A stretch of 64,000 nt of DNA, taken from NCBI GenBank assembly GCA_020137815.1, contig CM035359.1, forward strand, positions 7,192,001 through 7,256,000, read 5' to 3'. The DNA comes from Hormiphora californensis. Its lineage: Eukaryota; Animalia; Ctenophora. Position numbers and translations under genes: made by a program. The notes below the pieces were generated by a model. That model ran no database searches and was not told the DNA's origin. It saw only the letters and a list, made by a program, of their open reading frames with translations. Below are positions 51,548 through 64,000 of the stretch, piece after piece. Every line of letters begins with the position of its first letter. Within the stretch, counting starts at the first letter, position 1.

Positions 51548-54500
51548 ATGCGTAATGATTGGATCAATTTGACACCGACCTAAGATCGCTTTTTTCTACT
51601 TGTATAGTATTGTTTTTTAACTTACCTTATCTCCGGAAGGTCCTCCTCCGACAAGTTCAGTTGCTAATCTCCCCTTCATGAGCTCCTCGTCGCTATCATA
51701 AACAATGTCCCCAAAAGTAAGAATACCAAGTCGGTAGGGTTTCCATGGTGTACAGACAGCTCCGGATTTCCAGATTGAACGCTTTTTAGGCACGGGTATG
51801 ACACTTTCACCCTGTAAAAAAAATATCTCTCTAATAAACAGTGATGGTCGTAATCGGGCTAATTAGAGCAAAGATTTAGTTGCTAGTAGTCACCATATTT
51901 TACCTGTTGTTTAGGATTGTTGGTAGGTGGGAGGGAAGGATCACAGACAGCAGTTTCAGAAGTCGCACTTTTAGACACGACAGGATCAATTGCAATGTTA
52001 GGCAGAGGTTGTGTTGGAGCTGGCCCGGGTAGGAAACTTTCACCCTGTAAAAAATTATCTCTCTAATAAACAGTGATGGTCGTAATCCGTAATCGGGCTA
52101 ATTAGAGCAAAGATTCAGTTGCTAGTAGTCACCATATCTTACCTGTTGTTTAGGATTGTTGGTAGGTGGGAGGGAAGGATCACAGACAGCAGTTTCAGAA
52201 GTCGCACTTTTAGACACGACAGGATCAATTGCAATGGTAGGCAGAGGTTGTGTTGGAGCTGGCCCGGGTAGGACACTTTCACCCTGTAAAAAGTTATCTC
52301 TCTAATAAACAGTGATGGTCGTAATCGGGCTAATTAGAGCAAAGATTCAGTTGCTAGTAGTCACCATATCTTACCTGTTGTTTAGGATTGTTGGTAGGTG
52401 GGAGGGAAGGATCACAGACAGCAGTTTCAGAAGTCGCACTTTTAGACACGACAGGATCAATTGCAATGGTAGGCAGAGGTTGTGTTGGAGCTGGCCCGGG
52501 TAGGAAACTTTCACCCTGTAAAAAGTTGTCTCTCTAATAAACAGTGATGGTCGTAATCGGGCTAATTAGAGCAAAGATTCAGTTGCTAGTAGTAGTAGTC
52601 ATTATATAACTTGTTACCTGGTATCGCAGTTGATGATATGAGCGTAGTCCCCAGAGAAGTTCTTTATGTGGGTTATAGAAACTGTGTACCACTCCGGATA
52701 TACAACATCGTAGAAAGTGGTAACCACAGTCAGAAAGATGTAGGCCTCCTCTGCTCAAGAACACTCGGCGGTCAAAATACCTATCCTCAGCCATCCCTGA
52801 AAGAAGCGTGACCCCCCTCTCCCCTCCAGTAATACTAGGCAAGGCGTGGTTAAACTGTTTAACTCGATCGTTATGCCTATCTAGTCTAGGTAGAACTGGC
52901 ATGCAAAATATTTCAGCATTAGGAAATTGCCGCCTAGAAATAGAGATCAAATCTTGGTAGGCAATAATCATATCTTTAATAGCATCTCCATTAGCTATGT
53001 TGTTTGTACCTACCTGTATGAAGAGTGCATCCAATGACGGGTTACCCCGTGTAATGGTGGGTTTGAGAGCATTCGAGAGAAAACGGAGCCCTCCGGGGGT
53101 TAAAAATGACCCTTTTTTGACTGAAAAAACTTTGAAAACTCCCGGTTTTCGTGATAAGGGGGAGCGGGAAAATGTTGTCGAAACGGGTCACCAACCCAAA
53201 GGCAGATCGGGGAAAAATTTCGGAAATTGGTTGGGGTTGTAAAGCAAGGGGCGGTATCTGCTGAAGGCGTTTAACGTTAGAGAAAACGAGTTTTGCAAAT
53301 GGCATATTCCTTAGATTTGACGGGTAAAAGGAAATTTCGTGACTATCTCGCAGCTTACCCTTTTTTTTTGATCTGAAACCGGGGAAAAAAATCAAATTTT
53401 GACCATGGGAGTGGCGCCGTTCCACGTGATAGTTTTAAAGGAAAAAATATAGGTTTTTTAAAACCTTTGCAGCTGCATTAGATCGCGTTTTTTTTATTTT
53501 AAAGGGTTCGAATGCGGGGCGGGGGGGAAATTCAATTTTCAAACCAAAGAGAGCACGCCGCCCCGTGTGTTATAGGAAAAAGAAAATTTGGTCCTGTCAA
53601 CTGTCTGAAGTGGCAGGGGGCCTTTAAAAAAAACCCTTGATGGGGGGGGAAGGGAAACAAAAAAAAAACCCCCCAAAAACCCCCTTTCCCTGAAAAATTG
53701 GGTTAAAATTTTTTTTCCTTCTTCCTCTCATTGCTCTCTTTTTCCCCTTTTCCCTTTTTCTTCCACTCTCTTCTTTCTTCCTCTCTCTCTCTTCTCTCTC
53801 TCCTTCTCTCTCTTCTCTCTCCTCAAAAGGGGGTTTCCTTTTTTTTTGTGTGGTTTTCGAACAGGGTAAAAACCTTCTTTTTCTTCTGCGTCTTTTCTTT
53901 TGGGGCTCCATCTCTTATCCCCTTCGTTTCTCCGCTTCCCTTTTTGTGTTTTTCGGCTCTTAGATGGGCCCCCTTTTTTTTCCATCCTTTTATTTTGTTG
54001 GGAAAAAAGCTTTCTATACTTTTTCTTCTCTTTTCCCCTTCGGCATTTGGGCCCTTAGAAACGTGTTTCAAAATTCCCAAGTTTCTGAAGTTGGGCGTTA
54101 TCTTTATAAGGGGTTTCGTTTTAATCAGAAACTTTAGGGTGTAAAAGGCTAAAAAAAATTTGGTTTTATTCAAAAAGTCTTACTTAGCGGTTTTTTAGAG
54201 CTTGGACAGTTTTTAAAAACCATTGTTACACAATTCAAAAGGTTTTTTGGTAACAAACGAGGTGTTAAAATTTAGTCGTTTTTTTGTTAAAAATGATTAT
54301 TTTAAATTTTGGGGTTAAAAACCCCGGGCTACCACATAATAGACCCCGGGACATTTTTTGTTTTTTACATGCCTTTTTCTTAAAAAAAAAGAGATAAATT
54401 GACCTTTTAAAATTAGTAGATCTATCTTGTTGGCACTGTATACCCAAATTTTTAGATGATTGGTGCAGTGGGGGCCTCGTATGGGCGTTGCAAAATGCCA

Positions 54501-56538
54501 TTTTTGGCTAAAACTAAAAAAAAAGTTATTACTGCACTCTGGCACGCGCGGCTGGGGGGGGGGGAATGGCCACCTTTGCGCTTGCCAGCGCAGTGATTAG
54601 TATGTACTGCAAAATCGTTGTTTCTCTTTAATTAGAACTCTCATATCTCGCTCCCTGGTCACCTCTTTCTCAGATCACGCGGTCCACGCCAGCCTAGGCT
54701 GACGTGGCAGCTTCTCCTCTCGGCACGTCGCACAATCCCCTGTACGCGGCTTCTCGCTATTCCTACTCATCTAAAACATTGACCCAAATTCTTATCTTCT
54801 AATATCTCTCCATAACTATTGTAACAAATAAATAATATCGATTCTCCCCAAAAGAATCAGTAAATATTTGTATCCTCCTAACTCACTCTCAACCATCATA
54901 AGATCATCAAATACCTATCATCCGACTAACTCTCAGTCACTCTGAGTATTCAGACCTGCCCTAAATTCAGACCTGCCCTAAATTCAGACCTGCCCTAAAT
55001 TCTGTCGAAGTTCTTCCGACCTGCCCAAGGTACAGAGTTTTTTAGTGACTAACTGTCAGACGTCTGCTATTGTTTTGTTTTGTTGTGGACTTGTGGTGAT
55101 CTTATTTCTGTAAGTTGAGTAACAGACTACTCAAAATATGATTTAGCTGATCTGCCCTATTTTTTCTCCCCCTATTTTGACTCGGCTGCCCTGCCTTTCG
55201 TTAGTCATCACGGGGCCAACCATTTGTATCCAATGCATCGCTGTTAGCACTGTTTAGCCCGTCACTAATGGTACACGTACATTTATTGTACAATATCTCT
55301 TTGATATTTTTCGTATTGTCTTTCTTGTCAGTGAGGTGTGGAAATCTTTTGTTCTTTGTTTCCTTATTTGGTAACTCTCTGCACCTCTTTTATAGTTCTG
55401 ACGTCATTATGAGCTCATGAAATTCCGCCTCATGACGTCATCGATATTTCCTAATTTGGGTCTCAGTGTTTCCTTATCTGGAGATGATGTGTCCCCCAAC
55501 GTGTGTCTACTAGAGTGTCTAGTCACTGATAGGGTGTCTCTAGATTTGTATTGGATATAAATCAGGTTCAGCCTACTGCAGTACTACTTTCAGACTGCAC
55601 ATAGTGAGATAGGGAGGTGTTTTCCCACTATGGTGTTGTTAGATATTGTGCAATGTGTGATCTAACATGTGTTGAAGTAAAGTAGGGGTCCTCTATGCTA
55701 TCTTTTTTGCAGTATGCGATCTGGTGAATAAACGCGAGGGAGGGCGAGAGGGCGCAGAGGGAAGGGGATCAAGAAGAGCGCGAGACTAGCGGGGAGCATC
55801 TAGAGATGCTCGAGAGGAGTTCTCGCTCTCTCTCTTCTCATCTATTCCGTCTCAATTCATTTCTTTCTGTTTGATACATCCATGTCTCATGACTGGCACT
55901 GTTTTACCAGCCCATGGTTATTGATATTTCCCCGATAATAACACATGTCAACACATCTGGTTTTCCCACCCTTTATGTTCCCTCTCCCCACCCTTTCACT
56001 TCCTTTGTCTTATCTTACCTTTGTTTTTGTATTTAGTTTGTGTCCCTGTTGTTGTGACTGTTTTGAATCAGGATATTATAGTGCCAATCAAATTTTGTGC
56101 GAAGTGCAAACCAGGGATGTGTGACCACATGTGTGTGATGTTGACAATGAGTGGTAGTCACTGCAACCCCCCCCCCCCCCTTGGGATCTAACAAACATTA
56201 TGTAGACCCGCGTCCAACCCAGACTTGAGAGCCCGAAACCCAAAACCCAAACACCCCCCCCCCTCATCAGACATACAATGTGATTTAATATATTCCTCCT
56301 CTGTGTGGGCAATGGTCCTGTGTGGTATGGTTTTCACTAACGAAAACCGCGTTTCTATAAAGCCAACTGCCACGCGAAAAGAGACGGGTTTGGGGCTCAA
56401 AGCATCTCAGCGCAGCTCGTTTGAGAGCAGAGCTAGAAGATTCGATCATAGATTCTGTCTCTATCATGTAAAATCGTCGTCGATCTAGCGTTATCGTCCT
56501 CCTTGCTATCTCTCAATTTCAATGCTCTCTTCCTCTAG

Positions 56539-56570
<32 letters not shown>

Positions 56571-59500
56571 ATCCCTCTCTCTCTCTCTCTCTCCTCTTCT
56601 CCTCTCTCTCTCTCCTCTCTCTCTCCCCGCGGCTGTCGAATTTCTCTCACACAGATTCACTGTCATTACTGTGTGGGGACCCCTGACAGTGTTTATTAAT
56701 TATCATTCCCCTTTGTTCCTTTTCTCATGATTTTTTTTCGTGTCTTCTCATGACTTGTCTTGAAATGCAGTACATGTTGTAGATATTTCGGGTGCCTGTT
56801 GCTTGCCTGTTGCTTCTCTCTCCCGCCAATATAATTCTTTGTACAGCTGATGTAGTTTCCTATACCCTCCACCCTCGTCTGGAGTTCCCATCCTTAACCC
56901 CCCCCCTTCATATTGTGTGGTAAAACTAACCCCTCTCCCTCGTTTCAGTTGAAAATCAACCAATCCATCATCTTCTGCAACTCCGTCTCTAGAGTAGAGC
57001 TGCTGGCCAAGAAAATAACAGAGCTGGGTTACTCTTGTTACTATATCCACGCAAGGATGCAACAGGCACACAGGAACAGAATCTTCCACGACTTCAGGAA
57101 GGGTGCCTGCAGGAATCTTGTCTGTACTGGTGAGTAAACACTATATTGTAGTGTACAGAGTTAGACACATTACAATGTAAACACTTTATCTCTCTATTAA
57201 TGTACTGTGTTGTACACGCTGGCATTATGCCAACTTCTACAGTTGTGTCTAAATTTAGAACACATCCCCCCGTGCCATCCAATTCACACATTCTGTTACT
57301 TTTTCCGGTACCAATTCATGTACCAGATATAACGCGTCTCTTCATACACGAAACACACACTGTTCATTCTAACGTGTAATGTATTGTGCGTGTGCATTAT
57401 CTTAGTATTGGGACTGAAATGAAATATGCGCAAAAGACTAGCACGGCGCGCACTAGAAGCACTAGAAAATTATACAGTTGTCAGCGCAACCTCAGATCAG
57501 TGGAGCTGCGTTTCATAATCACAACACACAGAAACCGTTCCACCGGACCCATCAGAAATTTGAAGCATCCGGTTTTGTGTTTCGTCGTCTTTCTTCCTGT
57601 AACACACCCCTTATCTCAGATCTGTTTACCCGTGGTATTGATATATCATCTGTAACACACCCCTTATCTCAGATCTGTTTACCCGTGGTATTGATATATC
57701 ATCTGTAACACACCCCTTATCTCAGATCTGTTTACCCGTGGTATTGATATATCCTCTGTAACACACCCCTTATCTCAGATCTGTTTACCCGCGGTATTGA
57801 TATATCATCTGTTAATGTTGTTATCAACTTCGATTTCCCCAAGAATTCTGAGACCTACCTGCACAGAATTGGACGAAGTGGCCGGTATGGTCATCTTGGT
57901 GTTGCTATCAACCTTATCACTTACCCTGACAGGTAATTTGTTTTACAAACACTTTTGTTGTTTCTTTGTCAATCTTTTATAGACTATACACTGCAGTTCT
58001 CCCCACAATTATAGTATCGACAATTCTTGGTCTAACAAACAGCTGACCGTGATACAGTAGTATCAATAATTCTAAACCCTCTCCTCTCCTACAGGTATGA
58101 TCTGTTCAAGATAGAGCAGGAGCTGGGAACTACCATTAAACCTATCCCTGGAGCTATTGACAAGCGGCTCTATGTTGCGGAGTACCAGACTGCCCAGTAC
58201 ATCACATCTGATCAAGATGTCGTTCAGGTTAGTTGGGGTGGAGTGAGCGAGAGTTAGATAGGGTAGAGAGAGGTGAGTTAGATAGGGTAGAGAGAGGTGA
58301 GTTAGATAGGGTAGAGAGAGAGAGAGAGACCCTCTCTCACCGTGCCTCGCGACAAATGTTATAAAGGAGGGTTAGAGTGGGTCGGGGTATAAAAATAGAG
58401 TCTGTTGATTTTGGCAAACCTCCAAAAATAATCTCTAGCTATTCTGGGAATCTCCAATCTATACCCCGTTATGAAACATTGTATAGCAGAGGGGAAGGTA
58501 ATTCTCTCTGCGGCGCATTTCTTTGTCATACAGAAACTTCAATATTTCAGTCTCCCTCTCGCTCCTTCTCGCTAGCTCTATCTCTAAAGTCTCTGGAACC
58601 CTCTAACCCTCCCTCTCTCTATCTCCATTTCTTCTCTGCCGAGGCCCCGAGTCTCATGAGGTTATTAGAGCCGTAGCATATTGCATATTTTATGCAGAGG
58701 TTCTGTTGTGTTGTACACTTCGAGAAACTCAATTTCAAATTCAATATATTTCCCATGTAGAACTCGCTTTACCTTGGGACCAAACTGGGCCGAATAAACC
58801 AGAAATACTGGGTATATTGTTGGATCAAACGGGTATTATAAACCAGCGTTTGGGTATCCTGATATTAGATCATCCAAGATCATTACCATGGTATTTCCAT
58901 GAAGATCGCGTTGTAATCAGTTTACCTAGATCAGGTTACTTCTTTGTCTTCTATAGGTCCCCTCCGTATGATCTCAGTCTTCTTGGTCCCTTGTTGTACA
59001 TGTGACCTTTGTACTATGCATCATCCTTGAGATGATCAAGTAGTATAATTGAGTAATGGCAGTGTGATTATGTAATGGAAGTATGATCTATCCTGTCCCC
59101 TTTGAGCTTATTTCGTGTGTATGATCTTTGTCCCTGACTCAACTCAGTCAAATCTTTACTTCTGTTCCCCTATCTCACGAGGAACTTGTTGTTATGGGGG
59201 GCTTGTTATCTTTGTTGTTTTGAACATTCCGCTGTATTGGAACTCACCCAAAATGCCTGATAATACTCACGGGGTATAAATCGAAATAGTGTGATTCTGA
59301 ATCGGCAGAGTAACAAAGGTCGCACGAGACTAAAGTTAGGTGAAGTGGCAGGTTAAAATAGGCAATGAAGTCATGACAATGCCAAATTTATCGATTTCGG
59401 TTCATTCTACCGTCTTAGTAAAAGTTTTACTTCTCCTTCTAATCCAGATCAGAAATCAGAGTTCATTGTTCAAACATCTATCCAATTTTCCCTGAAACTA

Positions 59501-59648
59501 ACTAAATCCCCTTCACACAGAGTCGAAACAACTAAATCCCCTCCTCACACAGAGTCGATACGAAGGAGAGAACAAGAATCAACAAGACGGTCAGGGCCCT
59601 GCTGCTATTGCTGCCCCTAAACCTCCTGGACAACAACAGCAACAGTAA
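37948..59648 (+). CDS. DDX6: DEAD-box RNA helicase DDX6/Me31B/Dhh1; disrupted as assembled
   Basis: [42 protein letters not shown] (41027-41122), [10 protein letters not shown]...[10 protein letters not shown] (~56949-57129), RGID...[12 protein letters not shown] (57779-57932), last exons ~58095-58227 and ~59553-59648; extra base near 41071 and central exons not found. Confidence 0.9.
38030..38340 (+). repeat. 52-bp x6 tandem repeat spanning DDX6 exon-1 donor
   Basis: GTGAGT at 38044, 38096, 38148, 38200, 38252, 38304. Confidence 0.93.
39630..40115 (-). mobile_element. Internally deleted pogo-like DNA transposon with nested MITE
   Basis: TIR CTCACTGTAAATCAGCGAACC, TA TSD; residual peptide [15 protein letters not shown] resembles a pogo/DDE_1 C-terminus. 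Confidence 0.7.
39715..39824. mobile_element. 110-bp hairpin MITE, Academ-like ends
   Basis: TAGTGGGAGACAC...GTGTCTCCCACTA, ~50-bp arms, 3-bp TSD TAT. Confidence 0.8.
41288..41720. mobile_element. Foldback-like element of T-rich and A-rich subrepeats
   Basis: GGGGGGGTGCAGCCC...GGGCTGCACCCCCCC ends; TTTTTGATCG repeats mirrored by CGATCAAAAA. Confidence 0.7.
42048..48477 (-). CDS. RepHel transposase main exon (HUH endonuclease + PIF1-like SF1 helicase)
   Basis: [37 protein letters not shown]; [51 protein letters not shown]; acceptor CTCCAG|GTTATG near 48477. Confidence 0.96.
48619..52515 (-). CDS. Upstream spliced exons of the Helitron gene (basic helical repeats, Pro-rich repeated exons)
   Basis: GT-AG-bounded open exons ~48619-48839, ~48971-49232, ~50385-51062, ~51239-51428, ~51626-51811, 51904-52044, 52143-52283, 52375-52515. 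Confidence 0.65.
51800..52590 (-). repeat. ~232-239 bp x3.4 tandem repeat of a whole exon plus intron
   Basis: Each unit contains TTTTACAG|141-nt exon|GTAA. Confidence 0.9.
52618..53050 (-). CDS. SGNH/GDSL hydrolase-like domain exon
   Basis: LFIQVGTNN (block III), [27 protein letters not shown] (block V, Asp replaced by Gly); donor CAG|GTAAC at ~52617. Confidence 0.8.
57598..57812 (+). repeat. 53-bp x4 tandem repeat spanning a DDX6 splice acceptor
   Basis: TCTCAG|ATCTG acceptors at 57620, 57673, 57726, 57779. Confidence 0.93.
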
Positions 59649-61922
59649 CTGCCACTACCTCTACGCGGCATACCTCCCTAACACAAGAACCTACAAAACT
59701 CCAATTATATTGTCTCCATAGCAACGCACCTTGGTATGCCGCATTACAAGTCCTACTACAAGATTCCAATCCCTGGGAATGTCCTACTACTAAGATTCTC
59801 TGAGGAGTTACAACGCCCCCTAGTCGCGCTCTGTGTCATTCTACTTTTCCAAATGGTGGTGGAGTGGTGTGAAAGTCAATATATAATACACCTCGTATTG
59901 TCGGTAATTCTCCCTCTCATCTCCCCTCGCCCCATGTACCTGAAATCATCCTTTTTTCCATTCGAACTATCACTTTGTGTTCATATGTTCCCACAAATTG
60001 GCACGAGGGAGAGAGTCTTGTTACTATGCTGTTACTATGGCAACCAAAGATTGTTTTTTATGTTCAGTGAGAGAATATTTTACCCCCAAAGATTTAACCA
60101 TGTGAAGGGCGGTCAATGTTCCTTATGATTGGCCGTTCTTCGCTGAATATCCAGAAGATATATCACTTCTTGTTTTCAGAAGGTTGTCATGGTAGCAACA
60201 AATCTTCACAGAGAGAGGGAGAGAATGTTTTTTTGGGATGTTTTTTTGAGGAGTATTTATGGGAGTATAAGAAATTGATTTCGCACACACTCAATCCTTG
60301 ACATTTAGGGTTTAATTGGCTTACTCTGTGTGCCGACATGTTAGTAAGAATTTTGTCTGCCAAAATAGATCGCTTGTTTTTGAGAAACTAGTTTTTAATT
60401 AAAATTGGGCTTGATAGTAATGGTTTGTGTTTTGACGTCGTTTAGTCTTAGAATCCCCGTCGATAAAATGTTAGAGTCCTAAAATATATAACTTGGTCTT
60501 CTTGAGAAAATTTAGGGTATTTTTGGGCGTCTCGTTCACTTTTTTTTCTAATTTTTTAGAGCTCCGAGAGCAGTATGTTTGTGTGTTTAAAAGTGGTTCG
60601 TTCAAAGCTTCCATTTCCAATAGGAGCCGTCCATTTTTAATTGACACTAACTGCTCCAGCTCACTTGTTGTTTATTTATTATGTACTAGTTCTCGCCCTA
60701 ACACCCGGTGTTCAGGCCTTTAATTCAGGTCCTCCATTAAAACACCTAAACGAGAACTGTGCTTGATAACAATTTATATCAGGTTGTAAAACACGTCATT
60801 AACACGTCACAATCATGACGTCATAAATGATGACGTAATCGGCTCTGATGTCGGGGAGGGTTTTATAATACTGGGGAGTGTTCTGAATCATTAGTTACCA
60901 TGGTAACCGGGGAGTGTTCTGAAGGTTTCCCTCGACTTTTCTAGGGGGATCTCTTCACATAGAGGACTGCCCGGGTACCCTACCCAACATCAGATGCTAC
61001 ACACTATTGTGGTGTGTCCACAGGAAGTGCTACTTCCCACACGGTGACTCATTCTGCACAAATCACGCCGAGAGGTGTTGCAGAGAGTGATGATCTAATA
61101 GTCGTGGCCTTATTCATTGCAAAGTATGTTTGCTTTAAATGCCCCAGCAACAGACCAGTATGCTGTATAAACACCCACCTTAGTTTCTCTCAACTGGAAT
61201 ACCTGATTCAGGGAATTAAGAGATCCCTAATTCAGGGAATTAAGAGAGAATTATTTCCATCTCGGTGTGGTGTATTTCCCCCGTTTAAAGTTTACCCCCT
61301 CCCCCCCCCTTCCCTGGTAACATAGTACGGTGGTTATCTCTGTTCAGATCGAATGAGGGATAATGGTAGAATCATTAGTTACCATGGCAACCATAGCAAC
61401 TCCTGATATATTCCGTTACTCCCATCATTCGACACTCCTGTCAGGGATGCCACTGATTTTTTTCCAATTTAATTAATTTCTTCGCTATCGTGGTGTGTAT
61501 ATTTTCCAAGATTGATGAGTGTTTATATTTACCATGTCCTGCACATGCTGTTTATAATATTGTTACAATTGTAACAGATTAACACACAAGATGACATTTT
61601 GAGGTATATTACACCCGCTTGAAAGAGCAGTGAAAGAGGCCTGTGTTTTACTTTATATCCCTTCACCCCTGACATCCCTCCCCTGACTACTGCCTCCCCG
61701 AACTATTCTCTTTGTTTTGCCAACCCTTCCTGATGACGCCCCCACCCCGAACCATTTTAATTCTCTTAATGACCTATTTAGGCTTCTCTCTCTCTCTCTC
61801 TCTCTCTCTTTCCTTGCCCGCTTCCTGTATTACACACACTCACCCGTAACTGCACAGTGTGTACATGTTAGCTCTCCCTCTCGTGATGCATGCTCAAAGA
61901 ATGATGTAATCCTATTTTTATT

Positions 61923-61981
<59 letters not shown>

Positions 61982-63074
61982 TTTACTATGTTGCCTTTGT
62001 CTATGGCTGACGCCTGACTTCACTGCCTTGCATACATGGTTAGTCACCACTGGTGACCATTTGACTTGCCCAGTTACTCTCACTCTGTCATGGCGCTAGT
62101 AATACACACCACCAAAAGTCCTAGCAAATACCCAGTTACACTCTCAATACTCTGAATCTAAACTTACTGTACCAGTTTGCAGCAAAATGGTTCAGCCCAG
62201 CCTCCAATCCCCATGGCCATGGGTAGTAATGCGATAAAGTAACGTGATATATTGTAAAATCAAATTTTGATAGCGCTTTTTTTATCTTATCTCGACTCTC
62301 TTAAGTCAGCGACTTTGCATTTCGTTCTCTTCTTTCTCTTCGATTTATCTTACGGTAAAGCCAGGTGACTTTGCAATGGCAGGCAAATATACATCTGGTG
62401 CATCACACACGTCTCATGGTACATTACACTGTCGTCCAAACATGTCCTCTCTAGTTCTCACTTTCGGATCCAATTTCAACATGTTCCTTTTTGTATGCGG
62501 GTGTACATGACTGTTGTGTACTAGTTGTTCCAATTCTTTCTTTTGATATCTTAACATTCTTACCCCCTTACTATGTTATACCTCCCCTTCTACACCCAAC
62601 CACTGATGAACCATCTACCCTCCAGTAACCTTGAACCCCTTGATTTCACTAACCCCTCTCTTTCCTTGTTCAGCAAAATGTTAGAACTCCTTACTGGAAA
62701 CCTATAGGAATTCTGTTATAACTTAGTAAAACATGGTTTTCGACTGTAAGTATCACACAGTTTTATTCGTTTTATTAGTTTGTTTGTAGCTCCATTTTCA
62801 ATATTTCCCCCTAACAGCTCTTTTTTAATATGTTTCCTAACATTTCTCTCCCTAACACCACTCTCCCTCTCTCCAGATAAGAAAGATATAACTGACTACA
62901 GCAGCCGAGACCAGTTCGCACATGTCGTAGAAGACGTATTTAGAATCATCGGAGAAGAAAGTGGTAAGACAATAATTTACTATTTTGTTGTATTTTTCAA
63001 CCGATTTTTGATAGGTTTCACAAGGTGGTATCTTGTAAATAGAGAGATCTGCTAGAATGTGATATCTTACGCTC

Positions 63075-63133
63075 CAGTTGCAGATTGGAGGCTGGCGCCA
63101 GTTTCTGGCGCCAGCCTCCAATCTGCAACTGGC
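63075..63133. other. Perfect 28-bp-stem hairpin, probably part of a small mobile element
   Basis: CCAGTTGCAGATTGGAGGCTGGCGCCAG-TTT-CTGGCGCCAGCCTCCAATCTGCAACTGG. Confidence 0.75.
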
Positions 63134-64000
63134 GCAAGCTGGGAGAGTCCCTGTGCGCGCGAAATCTTCGTTGACTAGCAGGGTTTTCGATGTGATTTGC
63201 ATCTAGAGTGGCGCGCGCGGCAGTGTCAGCAGGGGCCTGCACCATTGTAACTAACTTCGGTCGCAAAATCTCTAACTGGACCCTTACAAAATACAAACTA
63301 ATACATCACTCTCAAAAAGTGTCATGATCATGACACATGCACGAACCAATGAGAGTTCCTAATTGCATGTAGACTCCTCTCATTACACACGCCCATCTCA
63401 GATTTAGAAAAACCAGAGCAGAGCACCAGGGAGAGAGACTTTGATACTCATTCTTATTTCGAAAGCGTAAGTCCACTCGATCTTGCGCACAAATGCGTGA
63501 GAGATCAACTATATCCCCCCTCCCCCATTTCCCTGATTCCCCTGATTTCCCTGACCCCCCCCCCCCCACTTGTTGCTGATGTTTTGCAAACTGTGCTGTG
63601 CAGTTGACATGTGTTAATGTTGAAGGCTGTGTTACTCTATCTCTCTCACTCAGCTACTATAAAACTTCCTCTAAGCATGTAAAATCCATCTTTTTTCTCT
63701 GTCCTTGATTTTATTTTGTAGAATTTGGGTTTTAACGATTGTCCTTTTTTTGTCTTTTCTAAAGCATTTCAACAAAGTATCAGGTCAAGTATTAACATTT
63801 AATTTCAGATCAAAACTCCTAACTTCAGGTCAAATCATCAAAAACGGGGGTGTCTGTCTTGGGCCACCTGTCACCACACATATTGTGTAAAAACTGTCCG
63901 ACTTTTGTCCGAGCACTGTATAAAATTGTCCTACATTTTGTCTCAAAACGACCCCACTATCTCAGGAACTGATCCCTGGCCAATGCTCTGGCAGGCTCGG

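Larger units (their letters stand above)
41781..53450 (-). mobile_element. Large intron-containing Helitron (Helentron/HLE2-type Rep); 5' end unresolved
   Basis: RepHel ORF plus upstream spliced exons; candidate 3' end is an imperfect hairpin + CTAG at 41781-41784. Confidence 0.85.

Noticed and set aside
53040-54560. Lys/Phe-rich ORFs
   Set aside because: Homopolymer-inflated sequence typical of unpolished long reads; may hide the SGNH N-terminus and Helitron 5' end
62670-63680. Exon-like segments (62877-62963 and neighbours) on the plus strand
   Set aside because: Could not join them into an open frame; may be UTR, lncRNA or a gene extending beyond the window

Overview
Eukaryotic (animal) genomic DNA with short GT-AG introns, many (GA)n tracts and dense small transposons. 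The style suggests a ctenophore or other early-branching metazoan; that is inference only. From 2.5 to 30.4 kb six spliced genes lie in tandem on the minus strand: a 22-exon integrin beta; a secreted CAP+SRCR protein; a secreted Thr/Ser-rich protein with a TSP1-like tail; an eh1-containing homeobox gene missed by the ORF track; a secreted ShK-PAN-ShK-(EKED)n protein; and a long disordered protein with LC8-type motifs. Head-to-head with the last is DDX6/Me31B on the plus strand. The 5' ends of this gene pair are duplicated (30-39 kb) with different LINE fragments between them. The long DDX6 copy is interrupted by a ~12 kb intron-containing Helentron-type Helitron whose spliced gene appears to join an SGNH hydrolase to RepHel; DDX6 also shows a frameshift and no central exons. 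The most distinctive pattern is that short tandem repeats repeatedly straddle splice donors and acceptors. One of these is an in-frame triplication of an integrin EGF module with three alternative donors. 53.0-54.6 kb looks like unpolished sequence. Exon models were built by eye and may be off by a few bases.
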